A stretch of 64,000 nucleotides of DNA from Candidatus Heimdallarchaeum aukensis. Its GTDB lineage: Archaea > Asgardarchaeota > Heimdallarchaeia > Heimdallarchaeales > Heimdallarchaeaceae. The notes under the pieces are model-generated. The model was not told where the DNA came from, searched no databases, and saw nothing but the letters and a program-made list of their open reading frames with translations. Where the stretch lies: contig CP084166.1 of assembly GCA_021513695.1 (NCBI GenBank), positions 1,120,001 through 1,184,000 on the forward strand. Reading direction: 5' to 3'. Within the stretch, counting starts at the first letter, position 1. Each line of letters begins with the position of its first letter. Shown here in pieces: positions 17,428 to 27,606 of this stretch. The position numbers were made by a program, and so were the translations under genes.

Positions 17428-20346
17428 ATGGGCAAAAAGAAGAAGTCTATTCAAATCAACCAAGAGATTATTTATGGACACACGCTTACCCCAGACGAAG
17501 TTGCTCTTAAATTAGGGACAGATCTTAAATTTGGGTTAAAAGAAAAAGATATCGAAAAAAGGCAAGATATGTTTGGAAAAAATGTTATTCCTCCTGTTAA
17601 AGGAAACATTTGGGATGTTTACTTAGCTCCTCTTTTTAATTGGTTGATTAATATTTACTTAATCGTTGCCGCAATTTTAGCCATTTTAGCAATTTGGGTT
17701 CCTGGTCAATGGTCCCAGATAGGTTTTTGGATGATTATTATATTATTTAATGTTGCATTCACCATTTTTCAGCAAGTTAGAGCACAGTTTAAGCTTGATG
17801 CTTTACACAAGTTAACAGCTCCTACCTCTGTTGTAATTAGAGATGCTATTCCTGATACCGTAGAAGCTGCAGAACTTGTCCCTGGGGACTTAATAGAACT
17901 AGATCAAGGAGATAGGGTACCTGCAGATGCTAGAATAATTCAAGCAAATAATTGTTTAGTTAATGAATCAGCACTAACTGGCGAATCTATTGCTGTTGAA
18001 AAAACAAACAACACAAAAATTACTTTACCTATGGATACACCTATCGGTCAAAGAAGCAATATGCTTTTTACTGGTACATATATAGAGAGTGGGAGAGCTG
18101 TAGCTGTTGTAACCAATACTGGTATATTCACTGAACTTGGAAAACTATCAAAAGAGCTTGAGAATATAAGTACAAACGAGATTCCAATTAGAGCTAAGGT
18201 TAATAGATTAGCAATGTGGTTAGGAATAGCTGTAGTTTCATATTTGATTATCTCTGTTATTTACAAAGTCATTTATCATCTAAAAAGAGGAACGTTAGAA
18301 AACATTGATATCTTTCTTCAAGATATCGTTTCTTCTCTTACAACTTCAATGGCAATAATGCCAATTACCATCCCTCTTCTAACTACACTTATTTTAATTA
18401 CAGGAGTTCTCTCAATGGCTAAAAAAAGAGTAATCATAAGAAATTTGTCAGCAGTGGAGACTCTTGGTAGAAGTTCTGTTTTATGCACTGACAAAACGGG
18501 AACTATTACAGCTAATCAGATGACTATTCAGAGGATTTGGGATACATCTTTATTTTATGGTGTTTCGGGTTCAGGCTATAGTATTCAAGGAGCAATTTTC
18601 CCAATTGGCGAAGAGAAAGAAGTAAAAATCGAAGAATATATGATTCCAGATTATTCAAGACCTTTTACAAAAGGTTCTCCTCTACAAGATATTCTAATTG
18701 GAGGTTTCTTAAATAATAATGCTCACTTAGTTGTTGAAGAAGTGTTTGAACCTTTTCATCAAACTTCTTGGAAAACAACAGGAGATCCTACTGATGGAGC
18801 TTTTCTTGCATTATTCAACAAGTCAGGATTAAGAGAAGAGGAAGTTAAAAAGGAATTCGGTTTTCTTAAGGAATTCAATTTTGATTCCACAATTAAAAGG
18901 ATGAGTAAACTTTACGAAATAGAAGAAGGTTATATTCTATTCTGTAAAGGTGCAACAGAAACTATCTTACCCTTATGTAATAGTATAGGTTCATCTTCAG
19001 GCTCTACTCCTTTGACTGAAGAAAAAAGGAAAGAGATTATAGAAAATGTTAACTACTTTGCATCTCAAGGTTATAGGGTAATTTCACTAGCTTTACGGAT
19101 TTTGCCCAAAGGAGAGCTAATTCCTGATGAAAGAGAAGAAGTAGAAAAAGATCTGGTTTACAATGGTTTTGTTGCCATGCTTGACCCTCCCAGATATGGT
19201 GTTAAAGAAGCAGTGGAAGAATGTTATAATGCTCAGATAACTCCAATTATGATCACTGGTGATTCTCTCTTAACTGCTAAAGCAATAGGTAAAGAAGTAG
19301 GAATAATAAAAGAGGGACAATTGGCAGTAGAAGGAAATAAAATTTCAGAACTATCAGATGAAGAATTCTTTAACACAAGAATTTTTGCTAGAGTTTCTCC
19401 TCAACATAAACAGGAGATTGTTGCAAAGTACCAGAGTAAAGATAAAATCGTTAGTATGACAGGAGATGGAGTAAACGATGCTTTAGCTTTGACTAATGCA
19501 GATGTAGGAATATGTATGGGCATTGCAGGAACAGATGTGGCTAAACAAGCTTCTGATGTTGTTATTGCAGACGATAGTTTTACAAGTACGGTTTTAGGAA
19601 TAAGAGAAGGAAGAGGGTTATTCGAAAAAATAAGAGTAATGATCTTTTTCTACATTTCATTAAATGTCGCCGAAGCTCTAGTTTACTTTACTAGTTCGTT
19701 TATCCCTGGCTTTCATTTATTAAATGACTATCAAAGAGTAATTATTTTTTCAACTGCCCACGCTATTCCCCCTCTTGCTTTCATAGTTGATTCGATAGCA
19801 AGCGATATCATGAATTATCCACCAAAAGATAACGAAGATATATTCAACAAAAGATATGTCATTGCGTTAGCTTCTCTGGCTACTACACTTGCTCTATCCT
19901 CTGGATTAATTTATATCTTGGCTTATACTGGAATTATTCCTGTATTCTCTTTTAATCAAGCAATACCTCTGGCTGAAGATACCCTAAACGCTGCGCAATC
20001 TTGGGAACAAGCAAAAGCTAGAACCATGTTTGTAATGGTTTTAGTTATTAGCGAAAGTTTAGTTGTTTTATCTCTACGAAGATTCAACAAGAGTTTAATA
20101 AAATCATTAAAAGAAGATTGGAAAAACATAGTTATGATTTTAGTCTTTGTAGTTCCTATCGGTCATATTTTAACTATGTACATCTTACCTTTCCAGAATT
20201 TCCTTAAAAACGCCATTGGGTTCAACTTAGAATATCTTCCTTTGTCAATTATAGATTGGTTAATTTTGATACCGGCTATTCTTTTTCCAATAATTGCTCT
20301 AGAGACAACAAAATGGCTAGTTAGAAAAAGGAAAAAATATTTCTGA
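17428..20346 (+). CDS. Cation-transporting P-type ATPase (P2-type, Ca2+/Na+-like)
   Basis: Motifs TGES, CTDKTGTITANQM (phosphorylation site), MITGD and MTGDGVNDALAL, with about 10 TM segments. ATG 17428 chosen; the track starts at GTG 17419. Confidence 0.9.
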   Translation: MGKKKKSIQINQEIIYGHTLTPDEVALKLGTDLKFGLKEKDIEKRQDMFGKNVIPPVKGNIWDVYLAPLFNWLINIYLIVAAILAILAIWVPGQWSQIGFWMIIILFNVAFTIFQQVRAQFKLDALHKLTAPTSVVIRDAIPDTVEAAELVPGDLIELDQGDRVPADARIIQANNCLVNESALTGESIAVEKTNNTKITLPMDTPIGQRSNMLFTGTYIESGRAVAVVTNTGIFTELGKLSKELENISTNEIPIRAKVNRLAMWLGIAVVSYLIISVIYKVIYHLKRGTLENIDIFLQDIVSSLTTSMAIMPITIPLLTTLILITGVLSMAKKRVIIRNLSAVETLGRSSVLCTDKTGTITANQMTIQRIWDTSLFYGVSGSGYSIQGAIFPIGEEKEVKIEEYMIPDYSRPFTKGSPLQDILIGGFLNNNAHLVVEEVFEPFHQTSWKTTGDPTDGAFLALFNKSGLREEEVKKEFGFLKEFNFDSTIKRMSKLYEIEEGYILFCKGATETILPLCNSIGSSSGSTPLTEEKRKEIIENVNYFASQGYRVISLALRILPKGELIPDEREEVEKDLVYNGFVAMLDPPRYGVKEAVEECYNAQITPIMITGDSLLTAKAIGKEVGIIKEGQLAVEGNKISELSDEEFFNTRIFARVSPQHKQEIVAKYQSKDKIVSMTGDGVNDALALTNADVGICMGIAGTDVAKQASDVVIADDSFTSTVLGIREGRGLFEKIRVMIFFYISLNVAEALVYFTSSFIPGFHLLNDYQRVIIFSTAHAIPPLAFIVDSIASDIMNYPPKDNEDIFNKRYVIALASLATTLALSSGLIYILAYTGIIPVFSFNQAIPLAEDTLNAAQSWEQAKARTMFVMVLVISESLVVLSLRRFNKSLIKSLKEDWKNIVMILVFVVPIGHILTMYILPFQNFLKNAIGFNLEYLPLSIIDWLILIPAILFPIIALETTKWLVRKRKKYF

Positions 20347-20413
20347 AAACCATTTAAATTCATTTTTTCTTTTTTTCTGCGTAAATGTTATTAAGGGAGA
20401 AGTTGAAAAACGA

Positions 20414-20794
20414 ATGAAAATGATTGGAGTAAATTATCATATTAAAATGATAATACCTAATAAAGGAGAAATAAATGCAGAATTAATAAGAATCAAAGCT
20501 CCTCAGTTAACTGAGCAGTTGGTTAGAATACTTCCCTTGAACACAAGAGCCATCAGGAGAGAAAATATTTTCTTAATTCCTATAAACCAGACTTTTGGTA
20601 TTGAAAAACCAATGAAAAAAGTAAAGAAGGGAGATCTAGTTTATGACCCAAAATCTCAAGCAATATTAGTTATTTTGGAAGATTCAGAACTAGACTTCAG
20701 AGTAGCACAAATAGGAATAGTTGTTAAAAACCTTGATTTAATTCAAGAGATAAAAACAACCGTGGGAGTAAGAATTGAAAGCCTTAGCCAATAA
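20414..20794 (+). CDS. Small cyclophilin-like-fold protein (hypothetical)
   Basis: Pattern ..INAELIRIKAPQLTEQLVRILPL.....VKKGDLVYDPKSQAILVILED.. is reminiscent of the cyclophilin-like (PF04126-type) family. The family call is tentative. Confidence 0.4.
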   Translation: MKMIGVNYHIKMIIPNKGEINAELIRIKAPQLTEQLVRILPLNTRAIRRENIFLIPINQTFGIEKPMKKVKKGDLVYDPKSQAILVILEDSELDFRVAQIGIVVKNLDLIQEIKTTVGVRIESLSQ

Positions 20795-20830
20795 TAAATT
20801 AGATTGACCTTGTAATCAAATTTTATTTGC

Positions 20831-21031
20831 TTATTTTTCATCTTCAACTATAATTCTTTGAAGAAAAATGTTACACTCCTTACAAACTAAAAAATCAAAA
20901 GTTTCTTTTTCTTTATAGTAAATTTGGAAATGCATTGGTTTGTTACATTTTCCGCACTTTACTTCTGTCTCTTGCTCTTCAATTAGAATCAATTCATTTA
21001 CATCCACTCTCGGAGAAACATATTTCTGCAT
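20831..21031 (-). CDS. Small zinc-ribbon protein (66 aa)
   Basis: CGKC...CKEC four-Cys arrangement. Short, so coding status is moderately uncertain. Confidence 0.45.
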   Translation of the reverse strand: MQKYVSPRVDVNELILIEEQETEVKCGKCNKPMHFQIYYKEKETFDFLVCKECNIFLQRIIVEDEK

Positions 21032-21152
21032 TAGACAACAACCCTTAGATTCTCAATGAAAAAATGTATATTTATTAATAAAGCTTTTTAAACAAAATAT
21101 AGTAAAAATGGATTCTAAAAGAATCCTTTAGTTTGCTTTGATTTTTAGTTGT

Positions 21153-21440
21153 TTAGCTTCTTCGGAGTGTAATGTCGATAGTACTTACAGTCTTTACTCC
21201 AGTGTCAGTTTCTATCTCTTCAGAGCCTATTTTGATGTCATCAATTTTGATTTGTTCAGCTAGGAATTTGCGAGTACTAATTTCTGCTACATCTACAGCT
21301 TTGCTTATTGAACGACCACGAGCTTTGAGAATACATTCATCAGCTCCTTTGTTAAAGATAGTCACTACCACTAGACAGTAAGACATTGTTCCTTTTCTAC
21401 CGATGTAAATTACTTGTTGATCTTGTTGTTCTTCAGACAT
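21153..21440 (-). CDS. albA: Alba DNA/RNA-binding chromatin protein
   Basis: 95 aa. The sequence VIYIGRKGTMSYCLVVVTIFNKGADECILKARGRSISKAVDVAEI fits the Alba family pattern. Confidence 0.85.
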   Translation of the reverse strand: MSEEQQDQQVIYIGRKGTMSYCLVVVTIFNKGADECILKARGRSISKAVDVAEISTRKFLAEQIKIDDIKIGSEEIETDTGVKTVSTIDITLRRS

Positions 21441-21541
21441 GTTTATCCATCCTCGTTAATTGGTTTTAATGATTTTTTCAAATTGATATTTATAAAGTTT
21501 ATTAACTGGTAAACATTGAGACTAAAGAGAAAAAAAAATAC

Positions 21542-22093
21542 TTAAGGCTTATATCTATCAAATAAGAAAAAGTGCAGTTTTCCTTTCATTTTTGTGGCTA
21601 AAACAAAGTTTTTTCTTACTGTGGTTGCAAGCCGTCCAGCTCTAACTAATTCAATTGGATTAATAGAGCCTTCTTTCTTTATAATTTGAACAAGATAAGG
21701 AGAGTGTTCTAATCCTGGGCCTTTAGTATAAACAGCAAAGTCAGTACCAAACTTCAATCCAGGTTTAACAACATAACCTTTTTCTCTTAAATGGTTGTAA
21801 ACCTCCATTTTCTGGTCAAAATTGATGTGATTTTCGCGACATCGTTTAAGAAACTGCTCTTTATCCAAAAGATTACCCTCTTCATCAAAGATCTCAATTA
21901 TCTTCTTTTCTTGGAGATAAAAAGCTTCAAAGTAAGACAACTCTAAAGGGTCTCTAAATTCATCACCGATATTAGGCTTTCTGACACCTATGGGCTTACC
22001 ATAAAAACCATTATTGTATAGCCAAGTTCCTTTTTCTAAGTCCCATACGACTACTCGGTTGCCAATAAATTGAGCTTTAATTAGTTCATTCAT
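21542..22093 (-). CDS. endA: tRNA-splicing endonuclease EndA (short, ~183 aa form)
   Basis: Motifs GYVVKPGLKFGTDFAVY, HSPYLVQI and RLATTVRKNFVLA. Start moved to internal Met (MNELIKAQF...); the tracked ORF extends to 22153. Confidence 0.8.
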   Translation of the reverse strand: MNELIKAQFIGNRVVVWDLEKGTWLYNNGFYGKPIGVRKPNIGDEFRDPLELSYFEAFYLQEKKIIEIFDEEGNLLDKEQFLKRCRENHINFDQKMEVYNHLREKGYVVKPGLKFGTDFAVYTKGPGLEHSPYLVQIIKKEGSINPIELVRAGRLATTVRKNFVLATKMKGKLHFFLFDRYKP

Positions 22094-22188
22094 TCTTGTT
22101 ACTAGTGATATAACCATTTTTATTTTTATGTTTTTTAGTGAAAAAAACCACAAAAAATAAAGATAATGACGATTTTATTTAATTATAG

Positions 22189-23382
22189 ATGACCAATACT
22201 AACGATTTTCCCTTATCTATTGAGAAATATGTCCAACAATGCATTTACTGTGGATATTGTTCTGTATGCCCAACATATAAAGAAATAGGTTGGGAGAGTA
22301 ATCATCCCCGAGGAATTCTTAAACAGATTGAAAAATACATCAATGAGGATACAAGTAGAGAAGAACAAAAAACTTTGTTTCAAGCAGTTTTTGATTGTAC
22401 TTTGTGTGGAGCGTGTCAAAATATTTGTTTGTCTGACATCCCGATCATAGATATTTGGATACAGATGAGAAAAGAAGCATTTGATAAAGGTCTTTGGAAA
22501 CAAGAATTAGTTCAAGTAACAGAATTTGTTAAAACAACCCATAATATATATGGATTAGAACCAGAGGACAGATTAAAATGGACAGAATATGTGAATATTA
22601 ACCTTAATCGAAGAGTGAAAAAGAATAAACCAGTCCTATTCTTTTTTGGTTGCCAAGCTTCTTATTCAGGAAAAATGATGAAAATAGCAGAAAGTGCAGT
22701 AAAAGTCCTTCGTAAAGCAAAAGTCGATTTCACAGTACTAGGAGAAGATGAATGGTGTTGTGGTTCACCCATATTCCTGGGAGGAGGATTTGATCTAGGA
22801 AAATCTTTAGCGAAACACAATCTAGAAGAAATAAAAAAACTAGGTATAAAGACACTTGTAACTGCATGTTCAGGATGTTATAGAACTTTCAAAAACGTTT
22901 ATCCAAATATCTTAGGTGAAGAATGGAACATAGAAGTACTTCATTTCTCAGAACTTATTTCCAAATTGATAAAAGAAGGGAAAATAGAGTTTAAAAAGGA
23001 ATTATCAGAAAAAATTACTTACAAAGACCCATGTGAGTTAGTAAGGCATACTGGAGTAATTCAAGCTCCAAGAGATGTAATTTTAAACATCAAAAACGTT
23101 CGCTATGAAGAGTTAATCTCCAATAAAGAAAATGCACTTTGTTGTGGGGGAGGAGGTTTACTAAAAATCAATAATCGTCCTTTAGTTGAGCAAGTAAATG
23201 ATAGATTAATGGACGAAATTGCTTATTCTGAAGCAGATATTGTGGTAAACAATTGCCCTCTTTGTCTAGACACAATTAGCCTAGGTGTGAAGAAGAAAAA
23301 CCTGAATGTAGAAGTCATAGATATGACAGAACTTGTAGCGCGAGCTATGGGAATAAAGGAGAAGGAGGAGGATAAGGATTAA
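22189..23382 (+). CDS. Fe-S oxidoreductase, HdrD/GlcF-like (two 4Fe-4S motifs + two CCG domains)
   Basis: CIYCGYCSVCP and CTLCGACQNIC ferredoxin-type motifs. Two Cys-rich CCG-type segments (WCCGSP..., CCGGGG...). Confidence 0.8.
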   Translation: MTNTNDFPLSIEKYVQQCIYCGYCSVCPTYKEIGWESNHPRGILKQIEKYINEDTSREEQKTLFQAVFDCTLCGACQNICLSDIPIIDIWIQMRKEAFDKGLWKQELVQVTEFVKTTHNIYGLEPEDRLKWTEYVNINLNRRVKKNKPVLFFFGCQASYSGKMMKIAESAVKVLRKAKVDFTVLGEDEWCCGSPIFLGGGFDLGKSLAKHNLEEIKKLGIKTLVTACSGCYRTFKNVYPNILGEEWNIEVLHFSELISKLIKEGKIEFKKELSEKITYKDPCELVRHTGVIQAPRDVILNIKNVRYEELISNKENALCCGGGGLLKINNRPLVEQVNDRLMDEIAYSEADIVVNNCPLCLDTISLGVKKKNLNVEVIDMTELVARAMGIKEKEEDKD

Positions 23383-23539
23383 AGACAATGAAAGAGCGCA
23401 ATTTAGAAGATTCTTTAAAAAGAGATTCGAAGAAGGAGAACATATTTTAGAACTTTATACAAGAGATTTTGCTAAAGTTCCAAATTTAGTAAAAAAACTA
23501 GTTATTGCTAAACCAGAAGCAGTAATATTAGTAGAAACA

Positions 23540-24781
23540 GTGGAAGACATTAAGAAAGCATTTGAGATAGCAAATAAAACAAAAATACCTCTTATCCCTC
23601 GCGCAGGAGCTACTTCAGGACATGGAGGAACACTAGTTTATAAAAAAGGAATAATAGTCGATCTAACAAAACTTAACAGGATAATAGATATAGAGTTGAT
23701 GGATCAATCAGTAACAGTAGAACCAGCAGTAACTTTCCACGACCTAGAAAAAGCTCTAACAATGCAAAGTTTAGCTCTTTGCTCCTATCCATCAAGTATC
23801 TACTCAGGAACAATAGGAGGGTGGATAGCACAAGGAGGAGAAGGTATAGGGAGTTTGAAATATGGAAGCATTATAGACCTATTACTGGGTTTAGAAGTAG
23901 TTTTACCCAATGGAAGTGTAAAATACTACACTGAGAAAGAAGATTTTGAAATGTTTGTAGGAGCACAAGGAACAACGGGAATAATAACAAAAATAAAAAT
24001 GAAGTTTAGATTTGATATACCTCTAAAACATATAGCTTTTACATTTGATAACTTCACAGACATGCTAAAAGGGTTATCAAGATGTAGAGAAGTAGAACCA
24101 TTTTCAGTTTGGTTCCTAAATAAACATAAAGTAGATTACCTAAATAAAACACTAGGATATATCTTACCTTCACGTCATCTAGTAATTGTTTCAAAAGAGA
24201 TAAGCTATGATGAAGAAGAAAAAGAGTTCAGAGAAAAAATATACAAGATAGTAAGAGAAGAAAAAGGACAGCTAATTTCAGATTATTATATTCAAGGAAT
24301 TTGGAAAGCAAGATTCAAAATCTTTTCAATATTAAAAGAAATGGACAACTATATTTTGGGAGAAGTAAGCATACCCTTAGATTACGGAGCAGCGTATATA
24401 GAGAATCTACCAAAGAAAATAGATAGAAAAATATTGATAGAAGGAACAATGGTCTCTTTTTCCACTGTATCAATAATCTTGAATTTGGTGCTAAAAACAG
24501 ACCAATCAAAAATTAAACAATATAAAAAATTCTTGAAAGTCTATAAATGGATACTAAAAGCAATAAAAATAGGTGGATTCCCCTCAGCAACAGGGTTGTG
24601 GTTCGGAGGATATTACCACACTATTTATGGAAAAGAAAGAGAAGAGAAATTATTGAAATTTAAGAAAGAAGTAGATAAAAACAATATTTGCAATCCGGAT
24701 AAAGTATGGTCGCCTAAAGTAAAACAATTACCCTTAATCTCTTTGAAAACAGCGATAAAAATTATTGGTGGATTATTTTGA
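23540..24781 (+). CDS. FAD-linked oxidase (GlcD / D-lactate dehydrogenase-like); annotated start probably too far downstream
   Basis: IPLIPRAGATSGHGG is a FAD_binding_4-type motif. The same frame is open from 23357 and encodes conserved-looking N-terminal sequence (..LYTRDFAKVP..KPEAVILVETVEDIKKA..), but there is no ATG/GTG/TTG before 23540. Confidence 0.7.
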   Translation: MEDIKKAFEIANKTKIPLIPRAGATSGHGGTLVYKKGIIVDLTKLNRIIDIELMDQSVTVEPAVTFHDLEKALTMQSLALCSYPSSIYSGTIGGWIAQGGEGIGSLKYGSIIDLLLGLEVVLPNGSVKYYTEKEDFEMFVGAQGTTGIITKIKMKFRFDIPLKHIAFTFDNFTDMLKGLSRCREVEPFSVWFLNKHKVDYLNKTLGYILPSRHLVIVSKEISYDEEEKEFREKIYKIVREEKGQLISDYYIQGIWKARFKIFSILKEMDNYILGEVSIPLDYGAAYIENLPKKIDRKILIEGTMVSFSTVSIILNLVLKTDQSKIKQYKKFLKVYKWILKAIKIGGFPSATGLWFGGYYHTIYGKEREEKLLKFKKEVDKNNICNPDKVWSPKVKQLPLISLKTAIKIIGGLF

Positions 24782-25212
24782 AAATAAAGGAATACTTTTT
24801 TCCTGAAGATTTACTGTATGATATAAGTAAACCAGGACACATTTGGATAAGGAAAATAGAAGAAAATAAAATAGAGATAGGAATAGACGATTATGCAGCT
24901 AAACGTGCAGGAGAAATAGAGTTTATTAGAACAATGAAAGTTGGAAAACAAATTACAAAAGGGGGAACAATAGGAACATACGAAACAGGAAAATGGATAG
25001 GACAAATAAAAAGTCCAGTATCAGGAAAAATAGTAGAGAAAAATGAACTACTAAAAAAGCAACCAGAGTTGGTAAATAAAGCACCCTATAGTGCATGGAT
25101 AGTGAGAATAGAAGGAGCAAAAATAGAAGAAGAACTAAAAGAAAATGAGTTGATAGTAGAAGCAGGAGAAAAACTGAAAGAGCACATATTATTTAGAATC
25201 TCAAAAGAATAA
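24778..25212 (+). CDS. Glycine-cleavage H-protein-like (lipoyl-carrier-like) protein
   Basis: HIWIRKIEENKIEIGIDDYAAKRAGEIEFI...YETGKWIGQIKSPVSGKIVEKNELLKKQPELVN follows the GcvH pattern, including a Lys at the lipoylation position. The TTG start overlaps the upstream stop. Confidence 0.7.
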   Translation: MKIKEYFFPEDLLYDISKPGHIWIRKIEENKIEIGIDDYAAKRAGEIEFIRTMKVGKQITKGGTIGTYETGKWIGQIKSPVSGKIVEKNELLKKQPELVNKAPYSAWIVRIEGAKIEEELKENELIVEAGEKLKEHILFRISKE

Positions 25213-25245
25213 AGAAAAAAAAAGAAAATTCCTGGAAAAGAACAA

Positions 25246-26067
25246 TTAAAGTAAAATTCCTAAAAGGAAGAAAAGAATAATTATTAAACCAAGAACTAAA
25301 CAAACAAAAGCAAAACTGTATTTTTTAGCAACACGAAGAAGTAATTCAATGGTTAAGAAGCCAATTATAGCTGTAACCAAAATAGCTAAACTTATCTCCC
25401 ACCATTTGAAGAGAAGAACAGGTTCGTGAGTGATAAGTGACCAAGATAAGTTGAGTGTAAAACCTCCAAGAACAGCAGGAATGCTCATAATAAAACTGCC
25501 TTTAAGAGCTTCCTCTTTATCCACACCAAGAAAAAGCAACCCACCAACAGTGGTACCAGAACGACTGATACCAGGAATAATAGTAAAACCCTGCAATAAA
25601 CCAACAATAAGCATACGTTTCTTACTCAGTTCAGCGATAGTAACACCTTCTTTCTCAACCTTACGTGAAAAATAAAGAACAAAAGCTGTAACTAAAAGAG
25701 CAAGACCAATAATTAAGGTAATGTACTCGCCAAAAACAGGATTCTCACCTAAATAGGATAATAAAAGATAACAAGGAATACCAGTGATAGCTGTACCAAA
25801 AGTAGTAACTAAAATAAACCAACGCCATTGAACAACCTCAGGAGAACGAACGCGAAAATCAATAAAAAAGAAAAGCTCCTTGTAATATTTTAAAACAACA
25901 GCAATAAGAGTACCTAAATGAAGCCACAAAGAAAGAGAAATAGCTTCTTGAGAACCAATATGCAAAAAAGAAACAAGTAAAGTAACAGATTGACCTTCAG
26001 AACTGACAGGTAACCACTCCAATAAACCTTGAAGGACAGCAAAAAGAAGTAAAAACCAGAAGAGCAT
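25246..26067 (-). CDS. uppP: Undecaprenyl-diphosphate phosphatase (UppP/BacA family)
   Basis: Polytopic membrane protein with LEWLPVSSEGQ and PGISRSGTT signature segments. Confidence 0.85.
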   Translation of the reverse strand: MLFWFLLLFAVLQGLLEWLPVSSEGQSVTLLVSFLHIGSQEAISLSLWLHLGTLIAVVLKYYKELFFFIDFRVRSPEVVQWRWFILVTTFGTAITGIPCYLLLSYLGENPVFGEYITLIIGLALLVTAFVLYFSRKVEKEGVTIAELSKKRMLIVGLLQGFTIIPGISRSGTTVGGLLFLGVDKEEALKGSFIMSIPAVLGGFTLNLSWSLITHEPVLLFKWWEISLAILVTAIIGFLTIELLLRVAKKYSFAFVCLVLGLIIILFFLLGILL

Positions 26068-26208
26068 GAGGTAAAAAAAAGAGAGACAGATAAAAATATA
26101 TCTATTAAATAAGAAAAGATGAAAAAGGAAAATAGCAAAATATAATAAAAAAAAGTAATCATTTAGTACAAAAAAAGAAAAAGTCTAGAATGAAAAAAAA
26201 GGGAGGGG

Positions 26209-27114
26209 TTAAAAAACAAAGCTAGGCAGGAGAGAAATAATAAATAAAAGAGTAAATATCATGTGCAACTGTGCAGTGTGAACATCGATAATAGAAAAAA
26301 TCTTTTCATTTTCATTTTTAAGAGCAATGATGTTCTTTAACGCAAGTGGAAAAGTCAAAAAAGTCAAAAGAGACCAATAATCAACTATGTCCAACAACAA
26401 ATAAACAAAAACAAGAATAAAAGGTAAGACAACTAATAAAACATACTCAAAGAAAGCAAAGCGTTTACCAAATAAAATAGAGAGAGATTTCATACCAAAA
26501 CCAGCATCGATTTCAAGATCACGGTAGTTATTGCCCTGTAGAACAGCCAAAATAAGCAAAGCTTGAGGAAGAGATAAGAAGAGAGATAACCAAGAAAAGA
26601 AACCTGATTGAACAATAAAAGTACCAAGAGTTATGCCAATACCAAAAGTAAAAAATATAGCAAACTCACCAAGACCACGATATTTTAACTCAAAAGGAGC
26701 TAAACCATAGAAAAAAGCAAGAATAACACCTAACAAACCTAAATATAAAACCCAAAAAATCCTGGTAAGATAGAAAATATACAAACCAACAAAAATACCA
26801 ACTAAAAAAGAAAAAAATCCAACCCAAAAAACATGTTTTGGAATAAGTAAACCCCTAACAAGAATCCTACCTTGGGTGTGAATATTAGAAACATCAATGC
26901 CTTTCTTGAAATCAACATATTCGGAAACAAGATTAGCACCTAAATGTAAAAGAAAAATACCAATGAAAGTTAAAAAAGCAAGAAACCAATTAATGTAACT
27001 AATTTCGTACCAGGAAATAATAAGACCAAGTGTAACAGTAAATAAACTAAGAGTAAAAGAAAAAGGACGAGAAACAATAAACCATAATTTAAATCTGGAA
27101 AGAAAAGTTAACAT
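26209..27114 (-). CDS. UbiA-family prenyltransferase (MenA-like)
   Basis: About 8-9 TM segments. Asp-rich motifs in MenA-like context (SEYVDFKKGID; NNYRDLEIDAGFGMKSL). Confidence 0.7.
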   Translation of the reverse strand: MLTFLSRFKLWFIVSRPFSFTLSLFTVTLGLIISWYEISYINWFLAFLTFIGIFLLHLGANLVSEYVDFKKGIDVSNIHTQGRILVRGLLIPKHVFWVGFFSFLVGIFVGLYIFYLTRIFWVLYLGLLGVILAFFYGLAPFELKYRGLGEFAIFFTFGIGITLGTFIVQSGFFSWLSLFLSLPQALLILAVLQGNNYRDLEIDAGFGMKSLSILFGKRFAFFEYVLLVVLPFILVFVYLLLDIVDYWSLLTFLTFPLALKNIIALKNENEKIFSIIDVHTAQLHMIFTLLFIISLLPSFVF

Positions 27115-27496
27115 CTGAAATCACAACTAAAAAAAAACATTTGACCGATTAAAAAAAGATTGTTGTTAAAATAAAAAAAGGAAATGATATAGGAAGAAGA
27201 AGAGTAGAAAAGAAGGAAAATTAAAAGGAAATAATAAATAAATACAAAACAAACTGTGAAAAAAAAAGAGCAAAAAGGAAAACAAACCAATGAAACGATA
27301 GAAATACATAAGAATTTTAGCCCAGGAAGCTTCAGGAAAAATCTTTTCTACGCATTAAGAGATTAAAATCAATTTTAATCCTACCAAATCGATGAGAAAT
27401 AATAGGATATAAGAATTCTACAAAAATATAAGTAAAAAGGATAAGAATAGAAAAACCTAGACAAAGCAAATAGATTAAACTCTTAAGAAAACAGAT

Positions 27497-27571
27497 TGGT
27501 AGTCCCCAGGAGATTTGAACTCCTGCCCCCGGATCCAGAGTCCGGGATCCTTGCCACTAGACTAGGGGACT
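27497..27571 (-). tRNA. tRNA-Gln (anticodon CUG), CCA encoded
   Basis: Folded by hand. 7-bp acceptor stem (AGTCCCC/GGGGACT, A1-U72), anticodon stem CCGGA/TCCGG with loop CT-CTG-GA, T arm AGGAG-TTCAAAT-CTCCT, discriminator A plus CCA. Confidence 0.9.
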
Positions 27572-27606
27572 CTAAATTACAAGCGGTAACAAAGGATTGG
27601 AAAAGA

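Noticed and set aside
25914-27290. ORFs 25914-26162 and 27108-27290 (F/L/S-rich, minus strand)
   Set aside because: These are low-complexity translations of A/T homopolymer-rich intergenic DNA overlapping the ends of real genes. No motifs, and the composition is implausible.
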